A stretch of DNA of 51,457 bases from a virus (taxonomy: Duplodnaviria; Caudoviricetes): the IMG/VR virus record IMGVR_UViG_3300028586_000778, positions 1-51,457 of that record; one strand, 5' to 3'. A program made the position numbers and the translations under genes. Shown here one piece after another: positions 1 to 9,901 of the stretch. Numbering within the stretch: position 1 is the stretch's first letter; every line of letters starts with the position of its first letter. The notes beneath the pieces are model-generated. The model had not been told where the DNA came from. It worked only from the letters and a program-made list of their open reading frames with translations, and made no database searches.

Positions 1-378
1 CTATCGAGGGATGCTTTTGTTGGCGGCGTCGATTGCGGCGTCGAGGTTGCGCACGCGGTCAGCGTCAGGACGGCAATCAGCAGGCAGAGGTTTCGCATTG
101 CGCAGCTCCTTAGTGAGCGCCGTCATCTTCGGCGCCAGGGTGGATTGGATGCCGGCGAACTCGGCGGCGGCCTGACGGATGACCGCAGCGTCGGCCTGGA
201 CATCGGCGAGCGCGGCCTCGGTCAAGGTGGCGCGGTATTCAGTGTGGGCGCGACGCAGCTCGGCGATCTCCGCGTCGTGCTTCCAGGCGCTGGCGATCCA
301 GCCGCCGGTGGCGGCCAGCCCCACCAGGGCCAGAAGCGCGATCGCGGCGGCCGCCGCGCGGTACTCGATCGGGATCAT
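1..378 (-). CDS. Rz-like inner-membrane spanin
   Basis: N-terminal hydrophobic TM segment then coiled coil ending C-x-P-D; ATGA overlap with the endolysin stop; last gene of the lysis cassette. Confidence 0.7.
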   Translation of the reverse strand: MIPIEYRAAAAAIALLALVGLAATGGWIASAWKHDAEIAELRRAHTEYRATLTEAALADVQADAAVIRQAAAEFAGIQSTLAPKMTALTKELRNAKPLPADCRPDADRVRNLDAAIDAANKSIPR

Positions 379-1040
379 GGGATGGCCTTCATGGCAAGGG
401 CGGTGAGCGAGCAGCGCTCGACGTAGCCGATCGCGTCGCCGATCCTCTCGGTCTTGCGGCCGATGTTGACGCAGTCGGAAACGCCGTCGACGTCGTCAAG
501 GTCAGCGAAGCGATTCAGGTTGTTCACGTGCCAGAACCAGCCGGCGCCCAGGGCCGCGCCGACATCGGTCGACAGCCAGGCGCCCACCTTCTCGCGCGGC
601 AGGTCGAAGAAGTCGGCGCAGGCGTGGTGGTTGGTCGTGCCGGTCAGCTGCATCCAACCGGCGCCGCGCGTCCGCCAGCCATCACCGCTCTCCGGGCCGC
701 GGTTCCCCATCCGGTTTGCGTAGGCGATGTTGGCGATGGCCTGCTGGTCGGCAGAGTGCGCCGCGGTGCGCCCGTAGCGCTCGGCCTGCGCTAGCGTGAA
801 GCGCGTGAACGCCTTGGTGTTGAAGGTGGTCAGGATCGCGGCCGGCGTATAGTTCAGGTTCTCGCGCTTGCGCGTGAAGCCGCCGCTCTCGTGCGCCACC
901 TGAGCGAGGAAGTGCGCCAGGCGCCGGCGGGTGGTGATCTCGAAGCGGTCGACCGCGGGCTGCAGCGCGGCGGCGACGGCGGCGGCGTTCGCACCACACT
1001 GCGGCGCGACGCGGCGGATGATGTTGGCGGCCACCTTCAT
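375..1040 (-). CDS. Endolysin, glycoside hydrolase family 19
   Basis: Motifs AHFLAQVAHESGGF, ENLNY, YANRMGN, GDGWRTRGAGWMQLTG; start taken at MKVAAN (ATG 1040) overlapping the holin stop. Confidence 0.9.
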   Translation of the reverse strand: MKVAANIIRRVAPQCGANAAAVAAALQPAVDRFEITTRRRLAHFLAQVAHESGGFTRKRENLNYTPAAILTTFNTKAFTRFTLAQAERYGRTAAHSADQQAIANIAYANRMGNRGPESGDGWRTRGAGWMQLTGTTNHHACADFFDLPREKVGAWLSTDVGAALGAGWFWHVNNLNRFADLDDVDGVSDCVNIGRKTERIGDAIGYVERCSLTALAMKAIP

Positions 1041-1417
1041 TGGCCGCCTCGCACATCGCGCACCACGTCGGTGATGGTCGCCGCCCGGTTCTTCTCGATG
1101 TAGTTGAACAGCCAGCGCACGATGGCCCAGCCCGGCAGCCCGCAGGCGAACACCAGACCAAGCATCGCAATCAGCCCGATCGGCTTGTGCGCCCAGGACT
1201 CGAAGCCGAAGTGCTGGATCACGAAGGCGCCGCCGCCGATCGAGGAGACGACGGTCGAGATCAAGCCAACTGCCCATTCCTTCGGACTGCGCGGCGTCGT
1301 GATGCACATGACGACGATGGCCGCCAGGCCGGCGCCGATCGCGCCGATGCCGGCAAGGCCGCCGAGCAGCTTCCAGCCTACTGCGCCGGCGGCGGCGCCG
1401 GAAATTGGTTCACTCAT
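1037..1417 (-). CDS. Holin
   Basis: About 126 aa with three hydrophobic segments and a charged C-terminus, directly upstream of the endolysin; start MSEPIS (ORF extends to 1432). Confidence 0.75.
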   Translation of the reverse strand: MSEPISGAAAGAVGWKLLGGLAGIGAIGAGLAAIVVMCITTPRSPKEWAVGLISTVVSSIGGGAFVIQHFGFESWAHKPIGLIAMLGLVFACGLPGWAIVRWLFNYIEKNRAATITDVVRDVRGGQ

Positions 1418-1428
1418 GGATTGCGCCT

Positions 1429-1890
1429 TCATTTGGCAGGTGCTGCAGGAAAAGAAAAACCCGCCGAAGCGGGTTTCAGGAGGGTCAGTGCGCTGGCCAG
1501 CGTGCCGGGCGAGTATCGCCAGGGATCTGGAATGCCGAGCGCTGCGGCGACGGCTTCGGAGCAGAACCAGCGGCTGCGGCTGTGTGGTACCGGCGAGATC
1601 ACGAACTGCAGGTTACCAACCAGGTCGTAGCCGGCGCCGCGGTGCGCTTCGAACCAGGCGACGGCCGCTGGCTCGAGCGCTGGCGGCAGGTCGACCAGAT
1701 CCCAGCGCGCCGGGTCGAAGTCGATCAGCTTGGAGCGCACGCCGCCATCTTCGAACGACGACGACCAGGCGCCGCCGGTGGACAGCACCAATTCGACATG
1801 CGAATACCGCGATTTCGTCCACCACCGCACCACGCGGCTGTAGATGCCGACCAGGCCGGGGCGCGTGCCCTTGTAGAGCGCTGCTTTCAT
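1429..1890 (-). CDS. Permuted papain-like (NlpC/P60, YiiX-type) protein
   Basis: His-before-Cys arrangement YSHVEL...GYD...WFCSE. Confidence 0.65.
   Translation of the reverse strand: MKAALYKGTRPGLVGIYSRVVRWWTKSRYSHVELVLSTGGAWSSSFEDGGVRSKLIDFDPARWDLVDLPPALEPAAVAWFEAHRGAGYDLVGNLQFVISPVPHSRSRWFCSEAVAAALGIPDPWRYSPGTLASALTLLKPASAGFSFPAAPAK
1451..1478 (-). terminator. Intrinsic terminator inside the 3' end of the 1429-1890 CDS, upstream of the holin
   Basis: Minus strand GAAACCCGC-TTCG-GCGGGTTTTTCTTT. Confidence 0.7.
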
Positions 1891-1894
1891 GTGG

Positions 1895-2335
1895 TCACCA
1901 TTCGATTGCCGCGATCTCTTCCGGCGTGGTGGTGGCTGCCAGCCGCGCCTTCAGTTCCTGCGAGTGGTTGAAGTTCTCGGTGCCCTGGGTGGTCATCGAG
2001 GCGTACATGGCACGAAAGGCGTCGACGTCGGCCAACGGCAGCATCGTCTTGTCGGTGGCCTTCCAGCCGCCCGGCCAGCCGTCGGGGAAAACGCCGAACA
2101 GCGCGATGTGGTTGGCCACGCCGTCGATGTCAGAGCGGGACAGCGCATCGCATGCGATCTGCTTGCCCGCGTGCGGGAACGTTGAGAAGTTGGCCTCGGC
2201 GCGCCAGGTGTCGATCTGAGCGTTCTTTTCGATCCGCATGTCTGTGATGGAGACCTCCCCACCTGCCTGATCCTCCGGAGTAGCGCTGCGGTAGACAGTC
2301 TGCCCGTCTTTCCATTCTGCTATCATCTTGCTCAT
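1895..2335 (-). CDS. DUF4376-like tail fibre assembly protein
   Basis: WKATDKTM...ELKARLAAT..EEIAAIEW C-terminus typical of DUF4376; follows a fibre-like gene. Confidence 0.7.
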   Translation of the reverse strand: MSKMIAEWKDGQTVYRSATPEDQAGGEVSITDMRIEKNAQIDTWRAEANFSTFPHAGKQIACDALSRSDIDGVANHIALFGVFPDGWPGGWKATDKTMLPLADVDAFRAMYASMTTQGTENFNHSQELKARLAATTTPEEIAAIEW

Positions 2336-3351
2336 TTCCCGACTCCATAAATACGGACAGTTCCAGTAACGGAATACCCCGATCCGGCCGCGTGAATCCC
2401 AATGCCGGAATTTATTGCACCTTCATAATGATGGGCGCGACGCGCTTGGCCACGGATTGCCGAGGCGGTTGAAGTCAAACTAACGCCGTCGAAAGTAATG
2501 TTCTTAGACATATTTGCGGTTCTAACGCCGCGGACCGTGGCAAACCCACGGATGACACCATTGGAGGCGTCGGAAAGAGCAAGGCCCGTAACTGTGTTGG
2601 CAAGGGCGCCGCCTGCGTTCCCGGCGGCGTACGTCCCTGCCGATGGCACCTGACTGGTATAGAGCCGCAGAAGTGGCGGGAGATCGGCAGTGCTGAAAAT
2701 CTCTGGGATGTCAATCAGGTACGTGTCGTACAGATCCGAAAAGACGTCCGGGAAGGCAATCGCGGAAACCGGAATCGTTACGATTTGCTCGGCAATTAGC
2801 TGCGTAGCACCGCGCTGGCTTCCCGCGTCCCCGTTACGGTCGATGTAGACTGCCAGGGCGTCATCTTTCGCAAACGGACTTGCCGAGCTGCCTGCCCGGT
2901 GCACAAGCGTAAGGTTGCGATACCCCGAGCCGGATGCCACATTCAAAATATCGAATAGCATCCACTTAGTCGGGTCCGTTGCCTTGACCATGCGCACACC
3001 ACCCTTGACGATGCTGGACACGAGCGTGAGTGCATCGAAGACCCCCGACATATTCACACCGCTCATGGTGAGTGTATCCGCGCGCAGCACCGTAGCGGCA
3101 TTCTGAGTCGCGCTCGACAAGCGCAGCTTGCCGGGTCCGGGGTCGGCATCAGCGGTAGCGGTATCGAAAACGTACGGGAAGGCATAGGCGCCGCCGGACG
3201 CAAAGGCCGACATGGCGGCCTCGGTCGCATTTAGCTCTGCGGCGAACTTCGGCAGGTCGCGCATCAGGCCCGACATCTTGTTGTCGAAGTCCAGCTGGTC
3301 CTGCGACTGGTCCGGCATCTGGGCCGGGTCGAGCAATACAGAAATGGTCAT
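2332..3351 (-). CDS. Tail fibre / receptor-binding protein
   Basis: N-terminal PDQ..DFD.K attachment-like segment, ADPGPGKLRL motif, beta-rich C-terminal domain ending GTVRIYG; position in tail module. Confidence 0.6.
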   Translation of the reverse strand: MTISVLLDPAQMPDQSQDQLDFDNKMSGLMRDLPKFAAELNATEAAMSAFASGGAYAFPYVFDTATADADPGPGKLRLSSATQNAATVLRADTLTMSGVNMSGVFDALTLVSSIVKGGVRMVKATDPTKWMLFDILNVASGSGYRNLTLVHRAGSSASPFAKDDALAVYIDRNGDAGSQRGATQLIAEQIVTIPVSAIAFPDVFSDLYDTYLIDIPEIFSTADLPPLLRLYTSQVPSAGTYAAGNAGGALANTVTGLALSDASNGVIRGFATVRGVRTANMSKNITFDGVSLTSTASAIRGQARRAHHYEGAINSGIGIHAAGSGYSVTGTVRIYGVGK

Positions 3352-4391
3352 ACGGTCCCTTCAATTTGCATGGACATGTCCCAGCGGGTTTTGCCCTTCA
3401 CTACAGGCTTCAGGCTTGAGTACCGGCCGAAGGCGATCGCCAATCCATACTTCAGCGACCCGACCCACACGATGTTCTTCTGCCGGTAGGCGGCCATCAG
3501 CTCATACACCGCGTCGACCTGGTCAGCAGCGACCACGACATCCGCCGTGATGCGCTTCGCCCAGTTGCGCACCGTGGTCTTGCTGGTGCCGTCGAAGTTG
3601 AACGAGGTGTCGGAGAAATCCTTGATCTCGGCGCCGAGCGTCATCAGCGTCTTGCCCAAGTCCGCTGTCGGCCCGATCGCGCACATACCGCACTTCGGCA
3701 CGCCGCCAGGCTTGCGAATCGCGATGGTGACCAAGGCATTGGCGAACGGCGGCAGCTTCAGGCTCACCGCCCAGGTCTTGCGGCGGATCCGCTTGAAGCA
3801 CCAGTTGAAGAAGCTCGACGCTGAGGTCGACACCTTCAGCGACTGCTCCTCGCGGTAGACCAGCCCCCGGAACCGGTCGACCACCGACACCCTCACCTCG
3901 GCCGCATCGACGTTGCCGATGTAGAAGCCCTGGCTGATCACCTGCGGCGACACCACGATGATGATTTCCTCCGGGTTGGAGGTCTGGGTGTTGTTGTACT
4001 GGTCCAGCATCGCCCAGCAGTTGGTGGCGCCGCGCGGGGTCCATGCGGTGGTGTCCGCCAAGGCCTTGCCAACGTTGCCGGCGATGAGCGACTGGAACAC
4101 GTTGTGGCTCGCTGGGTCGTAGACCAGCGCATCCTTCGCGTAGGTCGTCGTCGCGCTGTAAAGCGGCTCGGCGATCGGCACGTTCGAATACACCAGGCCG
4201 GCGCCGGCGCCGAGAACCTCACCAGCATCGAGCAAGGCATACGGCGCCTTGCTCAGGTCGGCCGGGTCGTAGGTGACCCGCAAGGTATTGGGCGGCGCCA
4301 TCTGCTGCACGCCGTTCCGGTCGTAGTACGGTGCCGGATCGGCGCGCGTGCAGGTGACGTCGCCCAGGGCGACAGGTTCGATGATATCCAT
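3348..4391 (-). CDS. Tail tip / distal tail protein
   Basis: Directly after tape measure; contains a short carbohydrate-binding-like segment (YSATTTYAKDALV...W) and IKDFSD..FNFDG motif. Confidence 0.55.
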   Translation of the reverse strand: MDIIEPVALGDVTCTRADPAPYYDRNGVQQMAPPNTLRVTYDPADLSKAPYALLDAGEVLGAGAGLVYSNVPIAEPLYSATTTYAKDALVYDPASHNVFQSLIAGNVGKALADTTAWTPRGATNCWAMLDQYNNTQTSNPEEIIIVVSPQVISQGFYIGNVDAAEVRVSVVDRFRGLVYREEQSLKVSTSASSFFNWCFKRIRRKTWAVSLKLPPFANALVTIAIRKPGGVPKCGMCAIGPTADLGKTLMTLGAEIKDFSDTSFNFDGTSKTTVRNWAKRITADVVVAADQVDAVYELMAAYRQKNIVWVGSLKYGLAIAFGRYSSLKPVVKGKTRWDMSMQIEGTV

Positions 4392-4399
4392 CGGGTTCC

Positions 4400-7300
4400 T
4401 TATGCTGGTACCGGCACCACCTCGGTGACGACCGGCCTGCGGCCGTTCACGATGTCATCCAGGTGAGTGGCGGTGTTACTGGTGTGGGTTGCAACGGCAA
4501 GCAGGCCGTCCTGCAGGGCGCTGCGCAGTTCAGCGTTCTCGCGCTGCTGCGCCTCGATGACGCCCGCCAGGCGCGCCACCTCCTGCGCCAGCGCGTCGGC
4601 GTTGCCGCCGGGGCTGGCCAGCCGGCGCATCAGCTCGCGGTTGTCAGCCGCGGGGATGATCCGCTCGTCCTTGTGGATATAGGCCGGCATGTCGTACGGC
4701 ACCTGGTTGGTGCCCACGGCAAACCCGCGCAGCTTCTGGTATTCCTCGCTGTTCTTGGCCGACTTGATGAAGTCCGCGACTTCGGTCGCGTCCATCGTCG
4801 AGCCGTAGGCCTTGGCGAAGAAGTCCATCCCGGCGGCGTCCGGCGCCCGGCCGAGCACCTCCTGATACAGCTTGTTCAGGTTGGCCTCGGTCGAGCTGGC
4901 GATGCCGTTCACGATCTCTTCGATCGGCATGCCGCCGGCAGCAGCACCCTGCCAATACTCCATGCCCGCAGCTTCCGGCGCCCGGCCCAGGTGGGTCTGG
5001 TAGGCGTTGCTGATCGCCGCGCCGGCCGACACCACCGGGTTGGCGCGCGCCGCGGCGAGCGCACCCTGCAGCCCGCGAATCGCATCAGCGATCGTCAAGC
5101 CGGTGGTGCTGATCCCCTTCAGGATGTCGATCTGCTCTTGCTCGCGCTCGAGCATCACGCCCAGCTGCTTCGCCTGGTCCTCGACCGCCTTCAGGCTGCG
5201 CTCTTCCACCGTGAGCGCGCCATCCGTCAGCCGGGCCAGCTCGGCCAGGTCGCCCTGGGTGCCGAACAGGTCCCGCTGGTAGTCCTGGTAGGTAGCATAT
5301 CCGTCCGTCGAGGGGCCGTTGCCGATCTTGGCCAGCGCCTTCTGCAGCTTGTCCGCATCCGGCAATGGACCGCCGGCGCGCGCAATCGCCGCCGCCGCAC
5401 GCACTTCCGCCATCGCGCTCGCACGGTCCGCCTCCTGCTGTTCAGGGGTGCGAATACCGTTGAGCGAATTGCGCAGTGCATCCGACAGGCTCCGCAGCTT
5501 GCTGACCGCCTCGGTGCGCGCCTGGATGTCATCCTGCAGCGCGGCCTTCTGGCGGTCGACCACGCGTTGCAACACCGAGAACGCACCATCGACGCCGGAC
5601 AGCAAGCCGGAAGCCTGGTCCAGCACAGCTTGGCGCGCGGCCTCAGTCGCCTTCTGGGCCGCCTCGGCTGCGAGCCGAGCTGTTTCCGCCGCCGCGTCGC
5701 CTACCGATTTCAGGTAGTCGGACACGGTCTTGAACTGCGGCGCCAGCGCCAGCAGGCCGGCGTATTGCTTGGCGCCCTGCTCCGTCGCTAGCGCGCCGGA
5801 TGACACCAGGCCCTGCACTGCCGACTTGAACTGGTCGGCGGTGGTCAGGCCGGCGAAGCCCAGCGCCGCCAGGCCTTCCTGCAGCGGCTTCTGGATGATC
5901 GCTACCCGCTCCGCTTCGGAGAGGAAGTTGTCATTGAAGAAGGTCGTCTGCGTCGCCAGCGCGTCGATGCCGCCGACCAGCGTCAGCAGTCGCTCACGCG
6001 CCTCGATCGACTCGGTGCCGACAGCACGGAATGCCGTCAGCGACGTGGTGCCCATCGCCAGCAGGATCTGGTCGACCGCGGTGAAGTTGACCGCCAGGCG
6101 CTCCAGCGTCGCCGATGCGGCTTCGCCCTGCGCTTGAAACTTGCCGATTTCCGGCAGCAGCTCACCGGCGACCGTGTTGGCCACGCCGGTAAAGAACTCG
6201 GCGATCAGCTTCTGATTCGCTTCTTCGTCCTTGCCCAGCGCGATCTTGATGGCCTGAGCGCGGGTAGCGATGCTGTCGGCGTTGATGCCCAGCGCACGCG
6301 CGGCAGCCGACGACGACGCCTTGATCGCGTCGTAAGCCGACGTCAGACCTGCGGCGAACTCAGCGTCGACCGGGTTGCGATCGGTGCCCTTCTTGTCGCT
6401 GCGGAACCACCCGCCATCCTGCTTCCAGGTGGTATCGGTTGTGCCGGCGAAGCCGTCGGCGCCGAACATACCATTCAGCGTGGTGCCAGTGGATTCCTTG
6501 GCACCGCGACCAAACGCTCTGTTGAACAGGCCTCCGACGATCCCACCAACGGCAGCACCCAGCGGCCCCATGCCCATGCCGATGGCCGTACCCAGGTTCA
6601 CCGCGGTGTTCCCGGATCCTCCCAGCACCGAATAACCGCCCGAGATCGCCCGGCCACCGTACACGCCGGCGGAGACGCCGCCGATGAAGCTGGTTGCGCG
6701 CCCCACGCCCTGCGCCAGCGCGCCGGGCGCGCCGCTGCCCTGCGAGAGCCCGAGCTTGTCAAGCCCGACCTGCACACCGTTGGCCACCGACTTTTCGAAG
6801 TTGCCGCCGGTGCGGAACGAGTTATACAGGCTCGTGACGGTCTGGCTCAAGCTTGGCGCCGCGCTGGCGGCGCCGGCAGCTCCCGATGCAGCACCCGGGA
6901 ATAGACCGGCAATATCGCCGCTTACCGGGGCCAGCACGCCCTGTATCAGCGGACGAAGCACCAGCGTGCCGAACATGTTCTTGAGCGTGTCGACCAGGTT
7001 CTGGCCGAAGTCCTTCCCGCTTTCGAACCCGCGCAGCAGCGCATCGGTGAGCGACTGCTCGATCGATTCTGCGGCACGCTTCCACTCCTCGGCTGCCTTC
7101 TTGGCCGCATCGACCTGCTCCATCGCAGCGACCGCAGCCGCGTTGCGCTTCTTCGCGTCGATCAGCTTTTCCAGCGTTTCGATCTGGTCCAGCTGCAGGC
7201 CGAGCGTTGCGCGCTGTGTCAGCTGGGCTTCGAGTTCAGCAATCTCAAGCTGCTCGACCGCCGACTTGGTCATACCGTAGGTGCGCGCCAGCTCTTGGTT

Positions 7301-9865
7301 GCGCTTCGCTTCGTCCTCGGCATCCTGCACGCGCTTCGCGTACACCGCGCTCGTCGCCTCCAAGCCCTTGGAGTAGCCGTCCTGGAAGTCGCTCAACTCC
7401 TTCAATGCACGTAGGCGGTCTTCCTCTGCCTGCTTTGCGAAGGGCTGCTGCTTGATGTACGCCTCGACGGTCGCCGTGTACGCCGCCAGCGACTGCTTCC
7501 CGGCGCTGTAACCTGCGTACAGCTTCTGCAGGTTCTCCACGTAGTCGGCGTCGACGCCCAGGCTCTTGCCGTTGATGCGGTCGACCAGGTCGGCGTACTC
7601 TTTCGCCGCCTTGGCCTGATCGGTGATCGCTTTGGTTGCGGCCGGATCTGCGTACTTGGCGCGCACCAGCTTTTCCATCTCAGGCGGGATGGTGCCGAAC
7701 TGCTTTTTCAATTCCGCAAGCTCGGCCGCCAGGCGCTGAGCCGACGAACCGTTCTTCGCATACCAGTCGTCGAGTCGCTCGCCGCGCGTGCGGGCGGCTG
7801 CCGTGGCCACCTCGCCCTGCAGCGTCTTTACCCGGGCCAGTGCGGCTTCATACTTTCCGCCCAGCTCCACCTCTTCAAGCTGCAGCATCATCCGCTCGCG
7901 CGAGCCCTCTGCAGCTTCGGCCTGAGCCGCCTTATTCGCGGCAAGTGCAGCCTTGGCGCGCGCCAAGCCGTCCTTGTCGACTTCGCTGACGCCGCCCAGA
8001 TCCTTGATGCGCGGCTCGGTTGCCGCGAGGGCGTTTCGTTCACGCAGCTTGGCGATCTGCTCGTCGAGACGCGTGATCATTTCTGCCGTCGATTCCTCGG
8101 TCGACTGCTTCGCTTTGTCGTTCGCATCCTCGGCAGCGTTGCCCCATACGGCCCATGCGGTAGCCGCCAGGCCGAGCACCGTAATCACAGCGCCGACAGG
8201 GCCGCCGAGCAAAGCCAGTGCACCGCGCGCGGCGCCGACCGAAATTGACGCAGCCCGCGCCGCCGCCGCCTGCGCGGTCAGAGCTGCTGTATGCGCCGAG
8301 GCCGCCGCTGCAGCGCGCGCTTGCGCCGGGATCAGGCCGTTGGTCGTAATGGCAAGGGCAGCATTACCCTCCGACGCCAGCACGGCGGCACGCAGCTCGT
8401 TCACGCGAGCCGCAGCCGTCGCTGAAGCCGCAGCTGTCGCAGTCACGTTCGAGTTCGCGGTAGCAAGATTGGCAGCGGCCAGCGCGCGACTTGCGGCAAC
8501 GTTCTCGTATGCCTTCGTCGCCGCAACTCCCAGCATCGAACCCAGCTTCGCTGCCGCGAGCGTTGCAACGGCTCCGCCGGCCACGACCAAGTTGTCCGCC
8601 AGCAGGCCGATGCTGCCGGAAAGTAGCGACACTGCGCCATTAGATTGCGCGGCCGAGCCAACGAGCTCAAGTACATTGTTTTTCAGCACCGTCACGGCGC
8701 CGCCGATCGACTCGACCGACTTCGCCTCAGTGCGCAGCACGCCCAGCGCGCGAGGGAGTGCGTTCGCCAGGACGTCCGTGGTCAAGGCGCCTTGCTCAGC
8801 CATCGCCCGGAGGGCGCCAACTGGCACGCCGATGCCGTCCGCCAGCGCCTGCATAAGGCGCGGCGAAGCTTCGTTCACCGAGTTGAATTCGTCACCACGC
8901 AGCACGCCCGACGCGAAAGCTTGCGACAGCTGCAGGATCGCCGATCCAGCCTCTGCCGACGATGCGCCCGAGACTTTCAATGCAAGGCTCACAGTCTCGG
9001 TGATGTCCGCCACCTGGGACTGCGCGATACCGAGATCGCGTGTGCTCTTAATGATGCTCGCGTAGAGCGCCCCGGTAGCCGACAGGTCCGACTGCGCGTC
9101 CGCAGCGATCCGGCGCACAGCACCTTGCGCATTTGCGAACTCGCTCTGGCCGGTAGTCGCCAGCTTCAGCTGAGCGACGTATTTACCGTATTCATCCGAC
9201 AGCTGCACTACGGCAGCAATGCCGGCGCCGCTCGCGACGCTGGCCAACGCTGCGGCGAAGCCACTGATGGAGCTGCCTGCGTTGCCGGCTGCTTCTTCGG
9301 CAGCCTGCAGTTGCTCGATCAGCGGGCGCGCGTCATCCGCGACACCCAGCTGCTCGGCGCGAAGGGCAGCCAGCTGCGAAGCGGTTTTACCGATGCCGTC
9401 GGCCTGGGCGCGCAGCCCGGCGAGGAAGTTATTGCCCGCGTCGAGTTGCCGCTGGGCTGCCGCTGCTTGCTCCGTTTTCTTGGTGACCGCATCCAGCTGG
9501 TCAAGGTACGGACGCAGTGCGGCGACATTCAGCCCGCGCGAGTTGGCCAGCGCCTCGTAGTAGGCGGCACTGCCCTTCGCTCCGGCATTCATCGACGCGG
9601 TAGCGCGCTGGATCGACTCGGCCATGCTCTTGGTGGCGCGGTCGACCTGACCAGCTGCCGCGCCGGCACCTTCGCCCACGTTGCGTAGGCCGCTTGTGCC
9701 TGCCAGATTCTCGATCGACTTGCCGGTTTTCTGGGCGGTCGCGCCAAGGTTTTCAAGATTCTTGCCGGTGCGCGTGGTCGCTGCTTCGACCTGACGTAGA
9801 CCCGCCTCGACGCCGCTGGCGTCAGCGGTGACCTTGATTACCGCTTCATTGGTGATTTCGCTCAT
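4400..9865 (-). CDS. Tail tape measure protein with C-terminal DUF4214-like repeats
   Basis: 1821 aa Ala-rich helical protein; tape-measure motif LQLSQAFASGVLRGDEFNSVNE; follows G/GT chaperones; two LGRAP(D/E)AAGM.(Y/F)(W/F) repeats; GFAVGTNQVPYDMPAYIHKDERIIP. Confidence 0.92.
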   Translation of the reverse strand: MSEITNEAVIKVTADASGVEAGLRQVEAATTRTGKNLENLGATAQKTGKSIENLAGTSGLRNVGEGAGAAAGQVDRATKSMAESIQRATASMNAGAKGSAAYYEALANSRGLNVAALRPYLDQLDAVTKKTEQAAAAQRQLDAGNNFLAGLRAQADGIGKTASQLAALRAEQLGVADDARPLIEQLQAAEEAAGNAGSSISGFAAALASVASGAGIAAVVQLSDEYGKYVAQLKLATTGQSEFANAQGAVRRIAADAQSDLSATGALYASIIKSTRDLGIAQSQVADITETVSLALKVSGASSAEAGSAILQLSQAFASGVLRGDEFNSVNEASPRLMQALADGIGVPVGALRAMAEQGALTTDVLANALPRALGVLRTEAKSVESIGGAVTVLKNNVLELVGSAAQSNGAVSLLSGSIGLLADNLVVAGGAVATLAAAKLGSMLGVAATKAYENVAASRALAAANLATANSNVTATAAASATAAARVNELRAAVLASEGNAALAITTNGLIPAQARAAAAASAHTAALTAQAAAARAASISVGAARGALALLGGPVGAVITVLGLAATAWAVWGNAAEDANDKAKQSTEESTAEMITRLDEQIAKLRERNALAATEPRIKDLGGVSEVDKDGLARAKAALAANKAAQAEAAEGSRERMMLQLEEVELGGKYEAALARVKTLQGEVATAAARTRGERLDDWYAKNGSSAQRLAAELAELKKQFGTIPPEMEKLVRAKYADPAATKAITDQAKAAKEYADLVDRINGKSLGVDADYVENLQKLYAGYSAGKQSLAAYTATVEAYIKQQPFAKQAEEDRLRALKELSDFQDGYSKGLEATSAVYAKRVQDAEDEAKRNQELARTYGMTKSAVEQLEIAELEAQLTQRATLGLQLDQIETLEKLIDAKKRNAAAVAAMEQVDAAKKAAEEWKRAAESIEQSLTDALLRGFESGKDFGQNLVDTLKNMFGTLVLRPLIQGVLAPVSGDIAGLFPGAASGAAGAASAAPSLSQTVTSLYNSFRTGGNFEKSVANGVQVGLDKLGLSQGSGAPGALAQGVGRATSFIGGVSAGVYGGRAISGGYSVLGGSGNTAVNLGTAIGMGMGPLGAAVGGIVGGLFNRAFGRGAKESTGTTLNGMFGADGFAGTTDTTWKQDGGWFRSDKKGTDRNPVDAEFAAGLTSAYDAIKASSSAAARALGINADSIATRAQAIKIALGKDEEANQKLIAEFFTGVANTVAGELLPEIGKFQAQGEAASATLERLAVNFTAVDQILLAMGTTSLTAFRAVGTESIEARERLLTLVGGIDALATQTTFFNDNFLSEAERVAIIQKPLQEGLAALGFAGLTTADQFKSAVQGLVSSGALATEQGAKQYAGLLALAPQFKTVSDYLKSVGDAAAETARLAAEAAQKATEAARQAVLDQASGLLSGVDGAFSVLQRVVDRQKAALQDDIQARTEAVSKLRSLSDALRNSLNGIRTPEQQEADRASAMAEVRAAAAIARAGGPLPDADKLQKALAKIGNGPSTDGYATYQDYQRDLFGTQGDLAELARLTDGALTVEERSLKAVEDQAKQLGVMLEREQEQIDILKGISTTGLTIADAIRGLQGALAAARANPVVSAGAAISNAYQTHLGRAPEAAGMEYWQGAAAGGMPIEEIVNGIASSTEANLNKLYQEVLGRAPDAAGMDFFAKAYGSTMDATEVADFIKSAKNSEEYQKLRGFAVGTNQVPYDMPAYIHKDERIIPAADNRELMRRLASPGGNADALAQEVARLAGVIEAQQRENAELRSALQDGLLAVATHTSNTATHLDDIVNGRRPVVTEVVPVPA

Positions 9866-9876
9866 GCGCCGCCCAT

Positions 9877-9900
9877 AAAAAAACCGCCCGGCGGCGGTGC
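9877..9900 (-). terminator. Intrinsic terminator between chaperone GT and tape measure
   Basis: Minus strand ACCGCC-GCCG-GGCGGT-TTTTTT. Confidence 0.6.
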
Positions 9901-9901
9901 T

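Noticed and set aside
1-378. Embedded Rz1/o-spanin
   Set aside because: No lipobox ORF seen in alternative frames; may lie outside the window
2332-3351. Diversity-generating retroelement or invertible fibre cassette
   Set aside because: No reverse transcriptase, template repeat or invertase in the window
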